Assembly (NCBI GenBank): GCA_965277715.1 | Contig: OZ255836.1 | Span: forward strand, 3,776,001-3,840,000 | From: Gammaproteobacteria bacterium | GTDB lineage: Bacteria; Pseudomonadota; Gammaproteobacteria; JBCCGL01 | DNA length: 64,000 bases | Direction of reading: 5' to 3' | In this document: positions 60,600 through 64,000 of the stretch, one piece after another | How the letters are laid out: each line of letters starts with the position of its first letter | Numbering within the stretch: the stretch's first letter is position 1 | Program-made: the position numbers and the translations under genes | The notes under the pieces: model-generated | Told to the model about the DNA's origin: nothing | The model's input: the letters and a program-made list of their open reading frames with translations, nothing else | Database searches by the model: none

Positions 60600-61352
60600 T
60601 TGCAACCTGTGGATACATCCCAGCTACTGGTCATCGCCGCGTTCACATTTCTTTTGGCGGGCACCGTAAAAGGCGTGGTTGGCCTGGGATTGCCGACGAT
60701 AGCCGTGTCGATTTTATCCAACATCCTGCCCTTGCCCGTCGCCATAGGACTTATCGTCGTGCCAGCGGTTGTCACCAACATCTGGCAGGCTGTCGATGGT
60801 GGGCAGTTGTGGGTACTGTTGAAACGGTTGTGGTTATTCCTATTAATGAATGCCCTTTTCGCCTGGTTGGCCTACCGCTTTGTGCTGTCGCGCTACCCAA
60901 CTGAAATGACTGTATTGCTCGGTGTCTTACTGTGCATCTACGCCCTCAATGGCTTTGGTTTGCGTTTGCCAAAAATCAGCACACGCAATGCAACCCTCTC
61001 GGCCACCGTGTGTGGTGCCATCAACGGTTTTTTTGCCGGCACCACGGGTAACACCTCCATGCCTTCGGTGGCCTTTCTCGATGCGTTGGGGCTGGATAGA
61101 AACACCCTGGTGCAGGCGATGGGCCTGGCATTTGGTACGCCCATGCTGGCGATTGGGCTATCCACAATCGACAGCAATATCGTGCCGGATTCGTTGTTGT
61201 GGGTATCGTTTCTATCGCTTATTCCGGCGTTGCTGGGAATGTGGTTAGGGCGGGAAATTCGCCACCGGATAAGTGAAACCGTTTTTAAAAAACTGTTGTT
61301 TTCAGGTTTATTGTTAATTGGTGTGCGTTTGTTGTGGGTGAATAGTTTCTAA
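60600..61352 (+). CDS. TauE/SafE sulfite exporter family
   Basis: AGTVKGVVGLG, multi-TM. Confidence 0.85.
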   Translation: MQPVDTSQLLVIAAFTFLLAGTVKGVVGLGLPTIAVSILSNILPLPVAIGLIVVPAVVTNIWQAVDGGQLWVLLKRLWLFLLMNALFAWLAYRFVLSRYPTEMTVLLGVLLCIYALNGFGLRLPKISTRNATLSATVCGAINGFFAGTTGNTSMPSVAFLDALGLDRNTLVQAMGLAFGTPMLAIGLSTIDSNIVPDSLLWVSFLSLIPALLGMWLGREIRHRISETVFKKLLFSGLLLIGVRLLWVNSF

Positions 61353-61473
61353 ATGGGCACACGGCATACCTGAACTATTCGCCATCAACCAGCGGGATCA
61401 GACAGGCATTACCGCTATAACGTTACTCAAATAATGCGCTATGTGTTAATGACACACTCAGCCAGCTCAGCTA

Positions 61474-61528
61474 TAAGGTAAATCGATACACTTGCAAACC
61501 CCGGAAGTTATTTCGTGCACGTTCCTGA
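61474..61528. repeat. MITE-like element, family A (copy 2, partial)
   Basis: TAAGGTAAATCGATACACTTGCAAACCCCGGAAGTTATTTCGTGCACGTTCC matches 9867-9921. Confidence 0.75.
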
Positions 61529-61639
61529 TATGTATTAACTTGCAACCAATTGTTCCAGAACGCTTTTTTCTGGAACAATTATTGGCTAATACATCAGACA
61601 TCATGTATTGACTTGTGTGCAAGTTAATACATGGGGTCT
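61527..61639. repeat. Palindrome family C cluster
   Basis: ATGTATTAACTTGCA..hairpin..TAATACAT, then AGACATCATGTATTGACTTG-TGTG-CAAGTTAATACATGGGGTCT. Confidence 0.65.
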
Positions 61640-61670
61640 AAGGGGTTTTCCTCGTGTGAAACCCGGCGTG

Positions 61671-62831
61671 CTATTGGCCGCGTGACAAATAACGCCCGCG
61701 CACAATCAAACCTATCACCAGCAAGGCATAAATCAACGCCAGATACACCGGTAACCCGTGCGGGCCAAATAAATTCATCGACCACCCCCCGGAGACCGAG
61801 CCGAGCAAGGCACCGCTGCCCCACATCACCGCAAAGGCCGCCGAACCGTTAACCAACTCCTGACCCTGAAAGCGATCACCCAACGAAATCAGGGAGACGG
61901 TATACACGCCATACCCCGTCGCCCCGACCACGACCAGTACCGGCCACATCCATAACGTCGCCATCACCGATGGCAGCACCAGCAAGCCGATTACCGTGAC
62001 CATTGCACAGCCCGCCAGCACCAACCGATGCGGAAACCTATCCGCCAGCCAGCCAATTGGAAACTGCAAAACAATATTGCCGATAATCAACGCGGTTAGC
62101 GCGGTGGCAGCGATACTCAGTGAAAGCCCGTTTTGGATACCGTAAACCGGTAGCAGCGCCAGCGTGCCGGCATCGAAAATGGCGAAAGCACCCACTGCGA
62201 TTAACAACATGGGTGCTTTGGGGGCGAACTGGAAAATACCGTCAGTTTTGGTTTCTTCGGGTTGCTCGGTGTGCGCTTCGCGTACAAAACTCAGCGGGAT
62301 AACCCCAATCAGAATGACCACCGCACCGAGCACAAAAGGTGTCCAGCCCTCGATACCAAGCCAACCGACAATCGCCGGTCCGGCGCCAAAGCTGGCGGAG
62401 AGCACGCTGGCGTAAATTGCCACCACCTTGCCACGGTGCTCGCTACCAGCGAAACCGACAATCCACGCCTCGCTGAGCACAAACAGCGTCGATATCGACA
62501 TTCCCTGTAGCAAACGAATCACAAACCACGCCTCTAACGTATCAAACAGCTTGTAAGAGAGAATAAACCCGGCAGTCGCCACGGCAGCGACGATGGCCAG
62601 ATTGCGCGAGCCAAAGCGCTTTGACAATACGGGGATAATCGATGAAAACAGCAGAATACCAATTGGCATCATCGCCGAGTTCACCCCGATCATATTGGTC
62701 GACACACCGCGTGATTCGAGAATCAGTGACAGCAGCGGGTAGGTCATACCAAATGCCAGGCCAAATACCGTAATCGCCGAGCAGGCGGCGATCAGGTTGC
62801 GGATATTAGAGAGAGTATTGTTTTTTTGCAT
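61671..62831 (-). CDS. MFS transporter (YcaD-like)
   Basis: SEAWI..RGKVVAIY, LQFPIGWLADR; ~12 TM. Confidence 0.88.
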   Translation of the reverse strand: MQKNNTLSNIRNLIAACSAITVFGLAFGMTYPLLSLILESRGVSTNMIGVNSAMMPIGILLFSSIIPVLSKRFGSRNLAIVAAVATAGFILSYKLFDTLEAWFVIRLLQGMSISTLFVLSEAWIVGFAGSEHRGKVVAIYASVLSASFGAGPAIVGWLGIEGWTPFVLGAVVILIGVIPLSFVREAHTEQPEETKTDGIFQFAPKAPMLLIAVGAFAIFDAGTLALLPVYGIQNGLSLSIAATALTALIIGNIVLQFPIGWLADRFPHRLVLAGCAMVTVIGLLVLPSVMATLWMWPVLVVVGATGYGVYTVSLISLGDRFQGQELVNGSAAFAVMWGSGALLGSVSGGWSMNLFGPHGLPVYLALIYALLVIGLIVRGRYLSRGQ

Positions 62832-62944
62832 GATAATGGCCCTTCGCGCACATTGAGAGAATGTCGGAAAACTATTCGGTTCGCAATGTTTTCTGATGTT
62901 CTTTTGAATCAGAGTAGACAGCGTCAGCAGCGCGATGCCCAACT

Positions 62945-63078
62945 ATCGGCAAAAATTAATTCACTGAAAATGCCTTCTACCTTCCCCTCGTCAATAGCAT
63001 TAAATATCTGTCGTGAAAGTGGCTCAAACTCAATATTTTTCTCAAAGGCATAAACAAAAATATTAGTGTCAGGATAAC
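62945..63078 (-). pseudogene. PIN/VapC toxin N-terminal remnant
   Basis: Reads DTNIFVYAFE..IFNAIDEGKVEGIFSELIFAD; no start codon or C-terminal half. Confidence 0.6.
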
Positions 63079-63087
63079 AAAACCAGC

Positions 63088-63123
63088 CCAGATCCCATGT
63101 ATTGACTAATACATGGGATCTGG
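63088..63123. repeat. Palindrome family C (perfect 16-bp arms)
   Basis: CCAGATCCCATGTATT-GACT-AATACATGGGATCTGG. Confidence 0.8.
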
Positions 63124-63206
63124 TAGAAATTTATGTTTTGTAGTATTCAGCCCAATGCCTTTTTCATTAAGGTTGGGCAAATCAATCAGCTTGAACTGAA
63201 TAGTCA

Positions 63207-64000
63207 CTATGTTTTATATGCAGGTTCACGTGTATCCAGCATACGTATCAGCGACGCCCATGAGCGGGTGACATAATCGCCCGGAGCGTCTTTGGGTGGC
63301 TTTCCATAGTCCGCCAGTTGTTTGATTACTGGTGGTTCAGGGGTGACAATTTTAGCCCCGGAGCCCATCACATCCACCTGTACCTTGCAGGCATTCTCAA
63401 GTGTATAAAGGTAGTAAAAAGCCTCGGCGACGGTTCTGCCCGCCGCTAATAAGCCGTGGTTGTGCATAACCATCAACCACTTGTCTGTGTCGTTAATATC
63501 TTCACCAATACGACGACACTCTTCCTCGTTGTCGGTGGCGATGGCGTAATCGTGGTAACTCACTAAATCGCGCACTTCATTGGCTTGCTGGGTAATCGGT
63601 AGCACACCGCAATCCATGCACGCCACCGCCATACCGGCACGCGTATGGCTGTGCAGCACGGTGTTGACATCGGGCCGCGCCTTGAGTACAGCGGTGTGGA
63701 TAGCGTGTCCGGCATCGTTAACCGGGTAGTCACCGGCGATCACATTGCCCTCGAAATCCACCTTGATCAGGCTTGAGGCGGTGATTTCGTGAAACAGCAT
63801 GCCGTAGGGGTTGATTAGGTAGTGATCGTCGTGCCCCGGCACCCGTGCACTGAGGTGGGTGAAGATCAAGTCGGTCCAACCGTAGTGCACAAACAGGCGA
63901 TAACAGGCGGCGAGGTCGACGCGGGTTTGCCATTCGGTCGCGCTGATGGAGGGGGGTGCCAGATTGGGGGCCGGGTTGGAGACCAGGCTGGAGACAGGCG
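63207..64000 (-). CDS. Class II aldolase/adducin family protein (5' end beyond window)
   Basis: RVDLAACYRL, THLSAR, HTAV, LHSHT, NHGLL. Confidence 0.9.
   Translation of the reverse strand, partial: PVSSLVSNPAPNLAPPSISATEWQTRVDLAACYRLFVHYGWTDLIFTHLSARVPGHDDHYLINPYGMLFHEITASSLIKVDFEGNVIAGDYPVNDAGHAIHTAVLKARPDVNTVLHSHTRAGMAVACMDCGVLPITQQANEVRDLVSYHDYAIATDNEEECRRIGEDINDTDKWLMVMHNHGLLAAGRTVAEAFYYLYTLENACKVQVDVMGSGAKIVTPEPPVIKQLADYGKPPKDAPGDYVTRSWASLIRMLDTREPAYKT

Overview
Gammaproteobacterial chromosome segment, probably from a marine and IS-rich lineage (inference). The core backbone is murJ-ribF, amgK-like kinase, desaturase, a GldAFG-like ABC transporter, glnA/glnL/glnG, tRNA-Thr(CGT), a tusA plus ThiI/MnmA-like pair, glyQS-gmhB-plsC, uvrD and ybdL. 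Accessory content includes a Tat-exported CTQ glycine-oxidase pair (goxAB), a delta-class carbonic anhydrase, a cobalamin riboswitch in front of two uncharacterised genes, a degenerate STAND-type ATPase-TPR protein, a cyclase-FHA gene divergent from glnL, a haem-c/HAMP sensor coupled to a soluble Ser/Thr kinase, and an Rpn nuclease. About 11 kb (25.9-36.6 kb) is a nest of IS3, IS4, ISL3, IS5, IS1634 and IS66 elements that has eroded an integrase island at tRNA-Thr. Three small dispersed repeat families and several gene remnants are also present. No CRISPR array or rRNA was seen. The best candidates for undescribed biology are the B12-riboswitch gene pair and the haem-sensor/kinase module with its possible cyclase-FHA partner.
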